From positions 32,001-96,000 of IMG/VR virus record IMGVR_UViG_3300034065_000151: a DNA stretch of 64,000 bases; one strand, written 5' to 3'. Positions within the stretch are counted from its first letter, which is position 1; each line of letters starts with the position of its first letter. This DNA comes from a virus (lineage: Duplodnaviria > Caudoviricetes). The translations under genes were made by a program, and so were the position numbers. Below the pieces are notes generated by a model. That model was not told the DNA's origin. It saw only the letters and a program-made list of their open reading frames with translations, and did not search any database. Positions 19,059 to 29,228 of this stretch are shown here, one piece after another.

Positions 19059-19570
19059 GTGTCTTCTTCTTCTTTATCTTTTAAAAATTCTTTATATCTA
19101 GCTTTGTATATTGAACTACTATAAATTGCTTTTTCACCAGGTTCCCATGAACCACCAACCACATCTCGGGCATACAAATATGAACACTGGGCAGACTTTG
19201 CAATAGCTGCTTCACCAGCTGGAAACTCACCATCCAATACATCAATAGCATATTCTAATGCATGTGATGCACTTTTGGCAATAGCCGGTTCACCTTCTTT
19301 AAATCTTCCATGAACTACTTGCATTGCATATAAAGTAGAATATTCCGGATTGGTTGCAATTGCTTCTTCTCCTGCCGGGAATTCCTGACCAATTTCTTTA
19401 CGAGCATATTCATAAGCTAACTTTGGACTCTTAGCTATGACATGTTCATATTTTTTTAATTCTCTCGGATTGTTTTTATACTTATCCCATACTACTTGTG
19501 GAACTGTGGTTTGAGCTTTCTTGTAACCATGAATAGATTCAGGATCATTGTGGTGAGCATATAAGTTCAT
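19055..19570 (-). CDS. Helical-repeat family protein with about four 23-aa repeats
   Basis: Repeats of YA..V..G.FP.GE.AIAKS. Confidence 0.7.
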   Translation of the reverse strand: MNLYAHHNDPESIHGYKKAQTTVPQVVWDKYKNNPRELKKYEHVIAKSPKLAYEYARKEIGQEFPAGEEAIATNPEYSTLYAMQVVHGRFKEGEPAIAKSASHALEYAIDVLDGEFPAGEAAIAKSAQCSYLYARDVVGGSWEPGEKAIYSSSIYKARYKEFLKDKEEEDT

Positions 19571-19965
19571 ATTTCAGATTCTATTTCTTTTGATAAGGAA
19601 ATTAATTTGTTTAACTTAGCACCAGTACAATTTTGTGCACTAACTTCAACTGGTAACCATTTTTTCTTAGTCTGTTTTGCTGCAGCTGTTCTATGATGAC
19701 CATCAGTTAATGTAACTTTAGCAGTATTATTTTTATTAGCTTTATCATAATGATACGCAGTTACTTCAACTGGTTTATCATACTTCATATTCTTGGCAAC
19801 CTCATCTGATACTGACATTACTTCAGGTCTAAAATCCATTTCCGTCCGTTCAATAGCAGATACTGGAAGATACTTAATCTCAGAAATTATCCCACGATAA
19901 CCCTTATCATCTTCATAAGGGCCATGTAAAATAGCTTCACTAATAAACTGCTTGAATGTTATCAT
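19567..19965 (-). CDS. ParB/sulfiredoxin-like domain protein with capsid-targeting leader
   Basis: MITFKQFISE; KPVEV...LTDGHHRTAAA...WLPVEV. Confidence 0.7.
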   Translation of the reverse strand: MITFKQFISEAILHGPYEDDKGYRGIISEIKYLPVSAIERTEMDFRPEVMSVSDEVAKNMKYDKPVEVTAYHYDKANKNNTAKVTLTDGHHRTAAAKQTKKKWLPVEVSAQNCTGAKLNKLISLSKEIESEI

Positions 19966-20684
19966 GATCTATACCAGGATGATATCTTTTTATCTAAAGC
20001 TTCTTTAGTGAATACATCAGGAACCAAATACTTGGCCTTCTTTTCCTGTAATTCTTCTAATGTTCTTTTACCAACTGGATTACTAATTGGTTCATTATAG
20101 AATCCCTGTACTGCTTTGAAAGCTTTCTGCATAACCGCATCATCTAAACCATCAGTCGTGTTATCAATCTGTTTAAAGAAGTTTACTTTAGCCTTAAGGT
20201 ATTCCGCATTTTCTAAGTTCTTTTTATCAACAGTATGGATGAAGTCTTCATCAACATCTCGACCGGTTCTTGACTTGGCACGGGCAATGGCCGTATCAAT
20301 ATCTGTGTGTACAAATATTACACCGATATCATAACCAATAGATTCAAGGATACCAATACGATTTAAAATGTTGGACACATCATTAGAGGTTCCATCAATA
20401 AATAATGGAAGCATACTATCTAAGTAGTTTAGAAGTGTATTGTTGGTAATACGATGAGCTGAGTCTTTAAACTCATTCCAGTTTTTAGAGGTTGAGGTCT
20501 TCTTATATTTCTTGGCAAGATACTCGGTTGCTCTATCAGTATTGACAACTTTTGGTGATATTGAACCACTAAGCTGTTTAACAGTATAACTCTTACCAGC
20601 TCCTGGTAAACCAATAATAAAGATTGCCTTCATAATCCCCTTATCATTAACAGACTCGGCGATGAATTGTTTAAACGAAATCAT
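19962..20684 (-). CDS. P-loop kinase (zeta-toxin/AAA_33-like) with capsid-targeting leader
   Basis: MISFKQFIAE; IIGLPGAGKS, FIDGT, GYDIGVIFVHTDIDTAIARAKSR. Confidence 0.75.
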   Translation of the reverse strand: MISFKQFIAESVNDKGIMKAIFIIGLPGAGKSYTVKQLSGSISPKVVNTDRATEYLAKKYKKTSTSKNWNEFKDSAHRITNNTLLNYLDSMLPLFIDGTSNDVSNILNRIGILESIGYDIGVIFVHTDIDTAIARAKSRTGRDVDEDFIHTVDKKNLENAEYLKAKVNFFKQIDNTTDGLDDAVMQKAFKAVQGFYNEPISNPVGKRTLEELQEKKAKYLVPDVFTKEALDKKISSWYRS

Positions 20685-21151
20685 TACTTAAGTACTTTCT
20701 TTTGTTCATCAATAGTAATTGCCCTTAAGACATCTTCACGGGAAGCAACTATAATATTGTTAGTTGTCTTACCCTGATTGGCATAAGGAATGAATGTTTG
20801 ATTAGCACGTTTACGATCGGTCTTTACACGGGAACGACTTGTAGCTGCGGCTAATGCTATATTTAAATAATTAGCTGCAACTTCCGCATTTCTGGCTGCA
20901 TATCTTGGTTCAATCACGTCCATGTAAGCTGTTTGGTTTTGGAAGGCTTCAATAGCCGCATCATAGACTTCATCAATACGATTTTCAATTAAGATATCAT
21001 CAGCATCCTTAACATCAGGTGGTGCTTCAGTATGGGCAACAGGAAGATTTGGAGATGTTTCTGTCATCCCATATTCTTGTTCAATATCGAGCTCACTTTC
21101 GCCTGGGCCCATATTAAAGGCGGCTTCTAAAGGATGTTGGATAGGTTTCAT
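20684..21151 (-). CDS. Putative terminase small subunit (gp16-like)
   Basis: Helical core plus C-terminal TTNNIIVASREDVL resembling T4-like gp16 tails. Confidence 0.5.
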   Translation of the reverse strand: MKPIQHPLEAAFNMGPGESELDIEQEYGMTETSPNLPVAHTEAPPDVKDADDILIENRIDEVYDAAIEAFQNQTAYMDVIEPRYAARNAEVAANYLNIALAAATSRSRVKTDRKRANQTFIPYANQGKTTNNIIVASREDVLRAITIDEQKKVLK

Positions 21152-21594
21152 TGTGTTCCCCTTGTTGTGCGTGTACTATTAGTTGATTTCTTTCTATACA
21201 ATTGCTGTTCAGTTACTACTCTAAACTTTGCACCAATCTTCTTTGCAAAAGCAGATGCTGCAGCCCACTTTGCTGAGTTAGTAATAAGGGAAAGTTTATC
21301 AAAGCGAGTCATTGCTTTTTCAGCAACTGATTGTGCCATTGGTTTTATTTCAACTATTTCGATATCACCATTTGTATATTGTATTAAAAAGTCTGGCCAG
21401 TAATTTTGTACTTTTTTAGTAACTGGGTCCAGGTATTTTATATTTAGTTGTTTTGGTTCTGACATCCACTTTAATACCATGTTTGAGCCATCTAAGGTTG
21501 ACATATACAATAGTTCCCATTTTGATCTGGCAAAAATAGAAGTTGAATCACCTGCATATTTAGCAGGATATTTACACTGGTATTGTACGTGCAT
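21148..21594 (-). CDS. gp4: Head completion protein gp4-like (TnsA-type nuclease), copy 2
   Basis: PAKYAGD..IFARSKWE..WMSE...YWPDF...EIKP. Confidence 0.8.
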   Translation of the reverse strand: MHVQYQCKYPAKYAGDSTSIFARSKWELLYMSTLDGSNMVLKWMSEPKQLNIKYLDPVTKKVQNYWPDFLIQYTNGDIEIVEIKPMAQSVAEKAMTRFDKLSLITNSAKWAAASAFAKKIGAKFRVVTEQQLYRKKSTNSTRTTRGTQ

Positions 21595-22048
21595 TTTTAG
21601 TTTTCTTTATTTTAGGTACTCGTTTAGGACCTTGATGAAATATACTTTTCTCTGTCAAGACATGAAAAATCATGCCATGTTCTTCACAGTATAAAGATGC
21701 AGCTTTCCACTTGGCTTCATTTATAACTAATGCATCTTTTGATCTATCAGATTTTGCAAAGGCAGCATCAGCTTCATGTAATGGTTTTACTTCAACCATT
21801 TCCTTAATAATATTTTTATTGATATCATAATAAGTAACTATGAAATCTGGAAAGTATCTATGTACTTTTAAATCGACTGGGCTAAAATAAGGAATTGAAT
21901 CTTCTTCACTTTCCCAACTTATTACATCAGCACGACTATCAAAGTATTCCATCACTTTAGCTTCCCATAAGGATCTAAAGAATATCTTTTCTGCATCACC
22001 AATATACTTCTCTGGGTTCTTGGGTATAAATCTGCCATGAATTGCCAT
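21572..22048 (-). CDS. gp4: Head completion protein gp4-like (TnsA-type nuclease), copy 1
   Basis: GRFIPKNPEKYIGD..FRSLWE..WESE..IPYFSPVD.KVHRYFPDF..EVKP..NEAKW. Confidence 0.88.
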   Translation of the reverse strand: MAIHGRFIPKNPEKYIGDAEKIFFRSLWEAKVMEYFDSRADVISWESEEDSIPYFSPVDLKVHRYFPDFIVTYYDINKNIIKEMVEVKPLHEADAAFAKSDRSKDALVINEAKWKAASLYCEEHGMIFHVLTEKSIFHQGPKRVPKIKKTKNARTIPV

Positions 22049-22050
22049 TA

Positions 22051-23343
22051 TTAATTACCTGTACTTATAAGAACTTCATTAGAACCTGTTTGTGTACTTA
22101 AATTGGCTTGTGAAGTTGTTGCACTATTATCAGAAAGAATTGGTACTGTTGGTAATGATATTGTTGAAGCAATACCCACAGTATTACTGGCTAATGTTCT
22201 GGCGGCATTTGTACCAAGAGGTCCTAATATTGCACTAGTACTTCTACCACCACCAGCTGACTTTGATAGTAATGCATTTGTTACCAAAGCAGAAGCAGCA
22301 GATGATATTGTGTTAGTTGCAAGGGATGCAAGAGAATTGAAGAATGGGTTACCATAACCACCACCACCAGCTTTTGTATTACTACGGTACTGGGAGAAGT
22401 TTGATGGACTACCGGTAAGCATATCCTGTGTGGCCATCAAACCAATTGATGGTTTATCTAATTGATCTGCTTGTTGACCGGTTACAATATAAAGGGAATC
22501 ATAATCAAATCCGACATTAACAAAACTTGCTTCAGATCCTTTTTCATGATCTAAATCTTCAATGTTGAAATGGGTAAGACGTGGATTTGTAAATTCATAA
22601 GTATTAACTTTGATAGCATCACGAGCACTTCCACCCAAGGTACCATCACGAGTAAGATAGTATTGTTCAATTACCATATTGCGCATTACATCAATTGTAT
22701 TATTACCGAGAACATCACGACCTGATGTATCAATACCATCAGCTGATGAGAATCCAAAGCCATGATCACCCATAACTGTACCAGTTGAAAATGGTTGGCG
22801 AGCACTTGGCATTAATAATTGGAGATAAGCATTGATGAAGTTGATAGAACGGTTACCAGTATCATCATAGAATGAGAAGGTAAGTTCTTCATGCTTAATC
22901 ATTTTTAAAACTTTAGTACGGAAGTTATACATATTAACTTCTTCATAGTCAAATGTATATTTCGGAAGATCAATATGTTTTACAAGATAAGTTAAGTCAC
23001 CATTGATATAACCAAGCATATTAATCCCAGACATAGAAGCTGCCTGATTAATAACATCTGGATCAAGGTTGAATGTAACTTTGAAAAGAAATTTAGTTTT
23101 AGGATCAAATCCACCTTTACCAGAAGCAAGAGCTGCTGCATAAGGGGTTGGTTGCCAAGATGATGGATGGGAATTTCTAATATCTTGTTTGGCTGTATCA
23201 ACATTGTAGGTGATACCAGTTCCAAACACACCACGTAATACATCAGTGGCTTGATTTTGTACGGCTGCGCCAAAGGTATTAACCGCTGTGTGTTCCAGCT
23301 GAATACCCATTTGACCAACAATATTGGAAACATCAGTTGCCAT
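22051..23343 (-). CDS. Tail tube-fold baseplate/tube initiator protein (gp54-like)
   Basis: KFLFKVTF..VKHIDLP..EVNMYN..ELTFSFYDD..VGFDYD parallels the gp19 fold. Confidence 0.6.
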   Translation of the reverse strand: MATDVSNIVGQMGIQLEHTAVNTFGAAVQNQATDVLRGVFGTGITYNVDTAKQDIRNSHPSSWQPTPYAAALASGKGGFDPKTKFLFKVTFNLDPDVINQAASMSGINMLGYINGDLTYLVKHIDLPKYTFDYEEVNMYNFRTKVLKMIKHEELTFSFYDDTGNRSINFINAYLQLLMPSARQPFSTGTVMGDHGFGFSSADGIDTSGRDVLGNNTIDVMRNMVIEQYYLTRDGTLGGSARDAIKVNTYEFTNPRLTHFNIEDLDHEKGSEASFVNVGFDYDSLYIVTGQQADQLDKPSIGLMATQDMLTGSPSNFSQYRSNTKAGGGGYGNPFFNSLASLATNTISSAASALVTNALLSKSAGGGRSTSAILGPLGTNAARTLASNTVGIASTISLPTVPILSDNSATTSQANLSTQTGSNEVLISTGN

Positions 23344-23370
23344 TTTTTTTCCTAAGAGAACTATACTATT

Positions 23371-23378
23371 TATTTATA
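23371..23378 (-). promoter_or_regulatory. Late promoter TATAAATA
   Basis: Exact motif about 28 nt upstream of the 23343 start. Confidence 0.7.
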
Positions 23379-23393
23379 AAATAACCATATATG

Positions 23394-23417
23394 AAAAAAG
23401 GCACCTAAGTGCCTTTT
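23394..23417 (-). terminator. Rho-independent terminator
   Basis: AAAAGGCAC-CTAA-GTGCCTTTT. Confidence 0.75.
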
Positions 23418-23438
23418 AGTATTACTTTATTATGTTGT

Positions 23439-23855
23439 TTAAGCAACAATTGCTGGAGCAGCTGCAACAGTAATTGAAACATCGCCTGATTCATTATGTG
23501 CTGTAACAATAGCACTGATGATATTACCTACATCGGTAGATTGGCAAAGGTATTCAGAAGCTGTTTGATCTGGGATGACACCAGTTGCTGAGCTTGACCA
23601 TGCATAAGTAAAGGTTGGAGCTGGAACACCAGTCCATGTACCATTACTAATAAACAATGGCATACCAACTTTAGCAGTACCTGTCATTCCAGGAGGAACT
23701 GTATTTACCGGGGCTGAACCAGGAGGAGTAACTGCTGGAGCACCATGGGCCCAATCAACTTTCCAGTCAGCTTTCGCATCTTCTTTCCAGTCAAGTTTAA
23801 AATCTTGCTTAACACCAGTAAGGCTTGTGTATAAGTTAGCAATGTTATTAGTCAT
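23439..23855 (-). CDS. Ig-like virion decoration protein
   Basis: APVNTVPP.MTGTAKVG..L..SNGTWTG.PAPTFTYAW...DVGNIISAIVTAHN. Confidence 0.65.
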   Translation of the reverse strand: MTNNIANLYTSLTGVKQDFKLDWKEDAKADWKVDWAHGAPAVTPPGSAPVNTVPPGMTGTAKVGMPLFISNGTWTGVPAPTFTYAWSSSATGVIPDQTASEYLCQSTDVGNIISAIVTAHNESGDVSITVAAAPAIVA

Positions 23856-23867
23856 GTAATTCCCCTA

Positions 23868-24461
23868 TTAAGAAAGGTTACCAGCAAGAGCAGTACCATA
23901 GCCTTGACCAGTTAATGTTTGTGAAGCCATATCGAAACGGATTGATAAATCAATAGTAACCGCTTCATTAGAATCATAGGACAATTCACCAAAGTTAGAT
24001 GAAGTAATCCAGCAACCTTCAATATTCCATTGTTCAACAATACCTTCATTACCATCTAGTTGTTGAAGAATCATACCGAATTTGTAATCGGAACCAGTTG
24101 CAGCAGTATTCAAGAATTGACCAGGAAGATCAGCACCAATCAAACGTTGTTGAGTTTGCAATTGACCTTGGATAGCAGATGATGCCAAACCAGTCATATC
24201 ATCTTCAACAGTTAATGTCAAAGGATCGAATACATATTTACCAGCAACATATGCTGTTGAGTTATAGCGATGAATAGCGATTTCATCAAATTTGATATTT
24301 GGACGAGTTACGTGTGTTAACTGTCTTGTAAGATCGCGAGAAGAACTACCAGGCACTAAGGAAGCTAAACCCGAGAAAATTACCTGCCAACGATATTTCT
24401 GCTTTGGTTGCAAAATACCAAATCCCGCAGCAGGAACTCCCATTTGGGATAGAGTAGCCAT
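23868..24461 (-). CDS. gp19: Tail tube protein
   Basis: QPKQKYRWQVIF, YVAGK..FDPLTLTVEDD, EQWNIEGCW, IDLSIRFD; follows sheath. Confidence 0.9.
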   Translation of the reverse strand: MATLSQMGVPAAGFGILQPKQKYRWQVIFSGLASLVPGSSSRDLTRQLTHVTRPNIKFDEIAIHRYNSTAYVAGKYVFDPLTLTVEDDMTGLASSAIQGQLQTQQRLIGADLPGQFLNTAATGSDYKFGMILQQLDGNEGIVEQWNIEGCWITSSNFGELSYDSNEAVTIDLSIRFDMASQTLTGQGYGTALAGNLS

Positions 24462-24519
24462 AATTAAATCTCCTTGTTTTTAATATATTAGTAATATATT
24501 ATTGTTTAATACGTGTACT

Positions 24520-24527
24520 TATTTATA
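24520..24527 (-). promoter_or_regulatory. Late promoter TATAAATA
   Basis: Exact motif upstream of tail tube gene. Confidence 0.7.
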
Positions 24528-24555
24528 TAAATTTACACAAAATTTTGAGTTTTTT

Positions 24556-24584
24556 AAAAGGCCAAGATCAAACTTGGCCCTTTT
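24556..24584 (-). terminator. Rho-independent terminator after sheath gene
   Basis: GGCCAAG...CTTGGCC stem flanked by A and T tracts. Confidence 0.7.
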
Positions 24585-24585
24585 C

Positions 24586-26448
24586 TTAACTTGGTAAGGC
24601 TGTAGTCAAGGCTAATACTCGGATTGGGATGTAGATGAATTCAGTTGAAGTAACTGCATGAATAGCAACATCCATAAACATTTCATTTGCTTGAACAACA
24701 CTTGGTGGGTTATTTGATGAATTACATAAAGTAACGAAGTCATACAAACCACGTAAAGCCATGATACCGTTCAAGAAGCCATCAGCAGATGCTTTAAGGT
24801 TACCTTGGGTAATAACATCATTTGGTTCAAATACGAATGGGAATGAACCCTTACGAAGTTGACGTTTGATGTACATAACAAGACGAACCACATTAATACG
24901 ATCTAATGCTGAAGCTGCACCTTGTGAAGTCTTATTACCCCAAACAATCATACCTTGTCCTGGGAAGAACACGATAGGATTAATATTTGTTGGATACTGA
25001 TAAAGATTATCACGTTGACCTTGATTCAAATATGACTGAGTGAATGTGGTTGCTGTACCAAGAGTACCGGATACATAACCCAAATCAGAAACACCAGTAA
25101 CTGTACCACGTGTCAAACCTGCTGGAGCAAACCAAACATATGATTGATTATCACTGAAAGCATAAGTTCTTAATGCAATACCAGATGGAGCGATCGCAAC
25201 TAATGTACCATCAAGATTTGCTGCAAGACCCCATGGGTAGTAATAACCAATATTTGAAGAAGCAGCACGAGCAGCAGTCAATGCCCAATTAGCAGCTTGA
25301 TCTGGTGTTAAGTTACATGGAACTTCAGAAATTGTAAAGGCTTCATCATTGATTTCATCTGAAAGAGCTAACATATCAGTTGCAACTTCTGGATAACCAG
25401 GACATACAATAAGATTGTACTCATACAATTCAGAACGGACCAATGTGTTGCTATTGATTTCTGCAGCTAATGCAGTAACAATTGAAACACGTTTAGCAGC
25501 ATCATTTGCACCCAATGGGTTAAACAAATTAACTTGTGATAAAGTGATCTGAAATTCTGCGTTCACACCAAATGGTACTGAACCTTCAGTAATAAGAAAA
25601 TCAATTTGACTGTTACTAAATGGTGAACCAGCTGTTGCTGTACCACTTGGACCAGATACTGAACCTGTTACTGAGAATGTTGCTGGAGTCGCACCAACAG
25701 TAATTGATGTACATACAACTGACCAGATTTCAGGAATAACAGCAGATGCTGGAGTAATACCAGTCATGTTGCCATTGCCAGTTCCAGTGAATGAACTTGG
25801 AGCATATACTAAATCAAACTGGAAATAGTCATCACCAGAATATGGTGTTGAACCAGCATTGATAGTAAAGTTAACAGTAGTAGAAGTAAATGGGGTACCA
25901 ACGATACCTGTACCGATAATACCAGCATTAACACCTTGAACAGTGAAAGCAGTTGAAGAATTCATTACAACTTGAATTGTATCTAATTGAACAAATGCTG
26001 AAGTTGCTGTAATACCAGTGATTGTACCATTACCTACACCAACAAAAGTAGGTGTGTCATATGTTGGAACACCAGCACTAATAAATGTTTTTGCTGCATC
26101 AGTAAGGTCAATGTTAGCACGGACAACATATGCAAGATTACCAACTCCTATGAATTGATTCAATGCAAACAATCCGTATTCATTACGTGCATCACCGTGG
26201 AATTGATTTCCAGATGAATCGGCCATGAAATGTGGATTACCGTATAATTGAACGCTCTGACCAAGTGAAGTAACTGTGCGGATTACACCGTTTTCAGTCG
26301 TACCTGCAGCTGATGAAACACCATCAGGCTGTAATTTATTTGCCTGAGTAGCTATGAAAAGTAATGGAACAGTAGGTGCACTGGCCGGAATATAAAAACT
26401 CTGATCCGTTACGGGTACTGAAACTCCAGGTGATACAAGTGTAGCCAT
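24586..26448 (-). CDS. gp18: Tail sheath protein
   Basis: LVSPGVSV, WFAPAGLTRG, INPIVFFPGQG.IVWGNKT, ALDRINVVRL, FVFEPND, EFIYIPI. Confidence 0.95.
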   Translation of the reverse strand: MATLVSPGVSVPVTDQSFYIPASAPTVPLLFIATQANKLQPDGVSSAAGTTENGVIRTVTSLGQSVQLYGNPHFMADSSGNQFHGDARNEYGLFALNQFIGVGNLAYVVRANIDLTDAAKTFISAGVPTYDTPTFVGVGNGTITGITATSAFVQLDTIQVVMNSSTAFTVQGVNAGIIGTGIVGTPFTSTTVNFTINAGSTPYSGDDYFQFDLVYAPSSFTGTGNGNMTGITPASAVIPEIWSVVCTSITVGATPATFSVTGSVSGPSGTATAGSPFSNSQIDFLITEGSVPFGVNAEFQITLSQVNLFNPLGANDAAKRVSIVTALAAEINSNTLVRSELYEYNLIVCPGYPEVATDMLALSDEINDEAFTISEVPCNLTPDQAANWALTAARAASSNIGYYYPWGLAANLDGTLVAIAPSGIALRTYAFSDNQSYVWFAPAGLTRGTVTGVSDLGYVSGTLGTATTFTQSYLNQGQRDNLYQYPTNINPIVFFPGQGMIVWGNKTSQGAASALDRINVVRLVMYIKRQLRKGSFPFVFEPNDVITQGNLKASADGFLNGIMALRGLYDFVTLCNSSNNPPSVVQANEMFMDVAIHAVTSTEFIYIPIRVLALTTALPS

Positions 26449-26574
26449 TTTAATAACTCCCTATGAATATGGTTATAATGCTAGAAAGAGCTGTAAATAG
26501 TTCAATTTCTATCATTCTTACTTATATTTAGAAAAAAAGACTAAAATTCTTCAAAAAACTTGAGGACTTTCAGC

Positions 26575-27321
26575 TTATCCGGTAATTGTGGTATTGCCAA
26601 AACTGAAACCTGGTGCAAACGGAATTGATTGTCCATTCTCATCAAACTCATTAAACTGTAATCCAGCTGTATCACCCATCCTGATTGTGATTGATCTGAC
26701 AATTTCATTTTTAATATCCATTGGGGCAGATATATAAATTGGTATCTCAAATGCTAAGGACCATAAAATAATTCTACGATCGCCACCAGGAGGATAGTTT
26801 TCTTCATTTGTCATCCCGGTTAATTCAACTGTAGTAATCTTTGTCCAATCAAAAGCCACATCATTAATCTGTATCTGTAATACTGGATCAAACATCATCA
26901 TCAATTGTTCTAATATCTGATGCATTTGCTGTTGATTAGAAGCATATATCGATAACTCACAATTCATAATATATGGAATCGGCATTACTCTTTCAGCAAC
27001 TCTTAAATCATCAGGGAATACTCCACCTTCAGGTAAGTAAGTTTTACGATCTATTACACCAATACCTTTTCTATGTGGAGCCATATTAAGACCTGTCATA
27101 GATAAAGCCATTTGTGGTAATGAGAAAGGTTTATTCTGGGTATTACCAGCACCAATAGCAGCAACCACTCGGTCACGACTACCAAGACTAATTGGTACGG
27201 TCATCATTTCTGCTTCACCACAAGTACCTTTACCTGTTTGAACTTGTAAACCTGCAAAGACATTTGCTACTTGTAATAAGTATTTTCTGATTTGACCATC
27301 ATAATAATAAAAATTAATCAT
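26575..27321 (-). CDS. gp15: Tail terminator / sheath stabiliser
   Basis: YYYDGQIRKY, VPISLG, MPIPY, QILEQLMMMFDP; start MINFY (ATGA overlap). Confidence 0.82.
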   Translation of the reverse strand: MINFYYYDGQIRKYLLQVANVFAGLQVQTGKGTCGEAEMMTVPISLGSRDRVVAAIGAGNTQNKPFSLPQMALSMTGLNMAPHRKGIGVIDRKTYLPEGGVFPDDLRVAERVMPIPYIMNCELSIYASNQQQMHQILEQLMMMFDPVLQIQINDVAFDWTKITTVELTGMTNEENYPPGGDRRIILWSLAFEIPIYISAPMDIKNEIVRSITIRMGDTAGLQFNEFDENGQSIPFAPGFSFGNTTITG

Positions 27322-29228
27322 ACTTTCCCTCCTAATGGGACTCGTGTTGCTGATTGCATAATACTTCTGATTGAAGGTTTTGCAGATGTGTATAAACCAC
27401 GTTTGTCTTGTTCTAAGAATAACCAAGCATTTTTAACTGTTGAGAAACGATATAAACGTGGTGCAATAACAGTTTCAGGTGGATAATATAAACGGAAATA
27501 AGCACCATCAGCAACACCTGCGATTGGTGGTAAAGTATAACCTTCAGTATATGGTTCTCCATTTTTTGGCAAACCATCTTCAATATACAAGTTAGGTGTG
27601 CTTCCAACTGGAGCAGATAGTGGTTGACCAGATGGATTTCTAGGAGGTGGAGCAATATACTCTACAATACCTGCAATTTCCTGTCTATCATCGGAACCAA
27701 CTTCTGGAACAGCATCAGCTGCATTCTTGATTATCTCTTCTGTATTGGTTAATGGTAATGTATCAATTTGCTGACCTACACCATTTGTAAACAATGCATC
27801 AGCAATTAAATATTTCTGAGTATCCATCGTACCAAAAATATCTCTGGTTTCCTGTGATGGTAATGCTTGCTGACCTGAAAAACGATAAGTGGTTGGGTTA
27901 TACAATGGACCAAATCCAGAACTCTGCCAAGCAGCATCAGTTACTTCCAAGAACTTACGGATAGGTAATAAGTTCTGATCATATTGCATCTCTGGTATAA
28001 CTTCAATAATATCTCCAACAACTATAGGACGACCTAAAGCTTTTACCATAGTTGCAAAGGAAACAACAAATGTATATTGTTCGAGAATATTAAGACCGAA
28101 GCGGGCAAGGTCACTAACAGAGTCTGCTGGTGAATATTGGGCTTTAAGTGGGATTGGAACCAATCCATATTCACGATCACGATTTTCATTAAAGAATAAA
28201 TCTTGAATATTATTAATTGTGGTTGGCATTTCATCAAGTACATCAAATGCAACTACTTCCCAGCTACCAGTTCCAGTGAACATGGTAGGGGTTACCATAA
28301 TAGCTTTAACTTTTAATAAAGTATTAAGATTAAGAGTTTGTGGTAATGGTGATTGAACCATATTATATAAACCAACACGTTTCCAATTATAATTAAGTGG
28401 AACCATAAACATATCACCAACAGCAAAGGGAGTCGATCCAGAAGCTATTGTTAAATTAAGGAAGGTACTATAAAATGGAATATCAGATGTCAAGGTTCCC
28501 AAATTAATAGTTGTACTATCAGGCAAGGTAGCATACACATTAAAGGTCATTGAAGAAATTGCAACTATATTAATAACACTTTGAGTTGCATCAGAACCAA
28601 TACCATTAGTAGTAAGTACACCATTACCGGTTCCAGAAAAGAAAGTAATGCCGGGAGATACATCTCCAGAAGTAATTTCAACTTTAACCTGTTGTGCAAA
28701 TTGACCAGGGTTATTTGATTGTGTTAAATTGATAGCACCAACACTTACCCATTTTTGAGCTTCTGGTTCATATTCAGTACGACCATTAGCAAGTAATTTA
28801 ATACCAAAGTCAACACCGACATAAGCAGTATTAGTAACTGCAGAACCTTGTTGGGAAGACCACCATGATTGTCCTGGTTGATTTAAACCAGTTAATGGAT
28901 AACCTGGATATGAGGTAGAACCAATTATGCGGCCTTGTGATAATACAGAACCATTTCCTTGTTGGTGAATACCAAGTAAAGGATAGATATTAAGGGGAGC
29001 ACCTGAAATATTAATAGTTTCAGCAACATAAGTCTGCTGATTGAGTGCTTCATTTTGTGCACATATATCTGGGTTAATACCTGTAATCTGCCAGTCACCA
29101 ATCGGTAAGGCAGGTGGAACATATGGTTTTAATGCAGTATTATTCAAACCAGTTTGAGCTGGAGGTGCATTGGGATTGTTTAAACTACCCCCACCATTTT
29201 CACAAGGTAATGTTGGTTGTTGTATCAT
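27318..29228 (-). CDS. gp14: Neck protein gp14-like with large insertions
   Basis: ETINISG, IQDLFFNENRDREY, DLARFGL, RPIVVGDIIE; position between gp13 and gp15. Confidence 0.7.
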   Translation of the reverse strand: MIQQPTLPCENGGGSLNNPNAPPAQTGLNNTALKPYVPPALPIGDWQITGINPDICAQNEALNQQTYVAETINISGAPLNIYPLLGIHQQGNGSVLSQGRIIGSTSYPGYPLTGLNQPGQSWWSSQQGSAVTNTAYVGVDFGIKLLANGRTEYEPEAQKWVSVGAINLTQSNNPGQFAQQVKVEITSGDVSPGITFFSGTGNGVLTTNGIGSDATQSVINIVAISSMTFNVYATLPDSTTINLGTLTSDIPFYSTFLNLTIASGSTPFAVGDMFMVPLNYNWKRVGLYNMVQSPLPQTLNLNTLLKVKAIMVTPTMFTGTGSWEVVAFDVLDEMPTTINNIQDLFFNENRDREYGLVPIPLKAQYSPADSVSDLARFGLNILEQYTFVVSFATMVKALGRPIVVGDIIEVIPEMQYDQNLLPIRKFLEVTDAAWQSSGFGPLYNPTTYRFSGQQALPSQETRDIFGTMDTQKYLIADALFTNGVGQQIDTLPLTNTEEIIKNAADAVPEVGSDDRQEIAGIVEYIAPPPRNPSGQPLSAPVGSTPNLYIEDGLPKNGEPYTEGYTLPPIAGVADGAYFRLYYPPETVIAPRLYRFSTVKNAWLFLEQDKRGLYTSAKPSIRSIMQSATRVPLGGKV

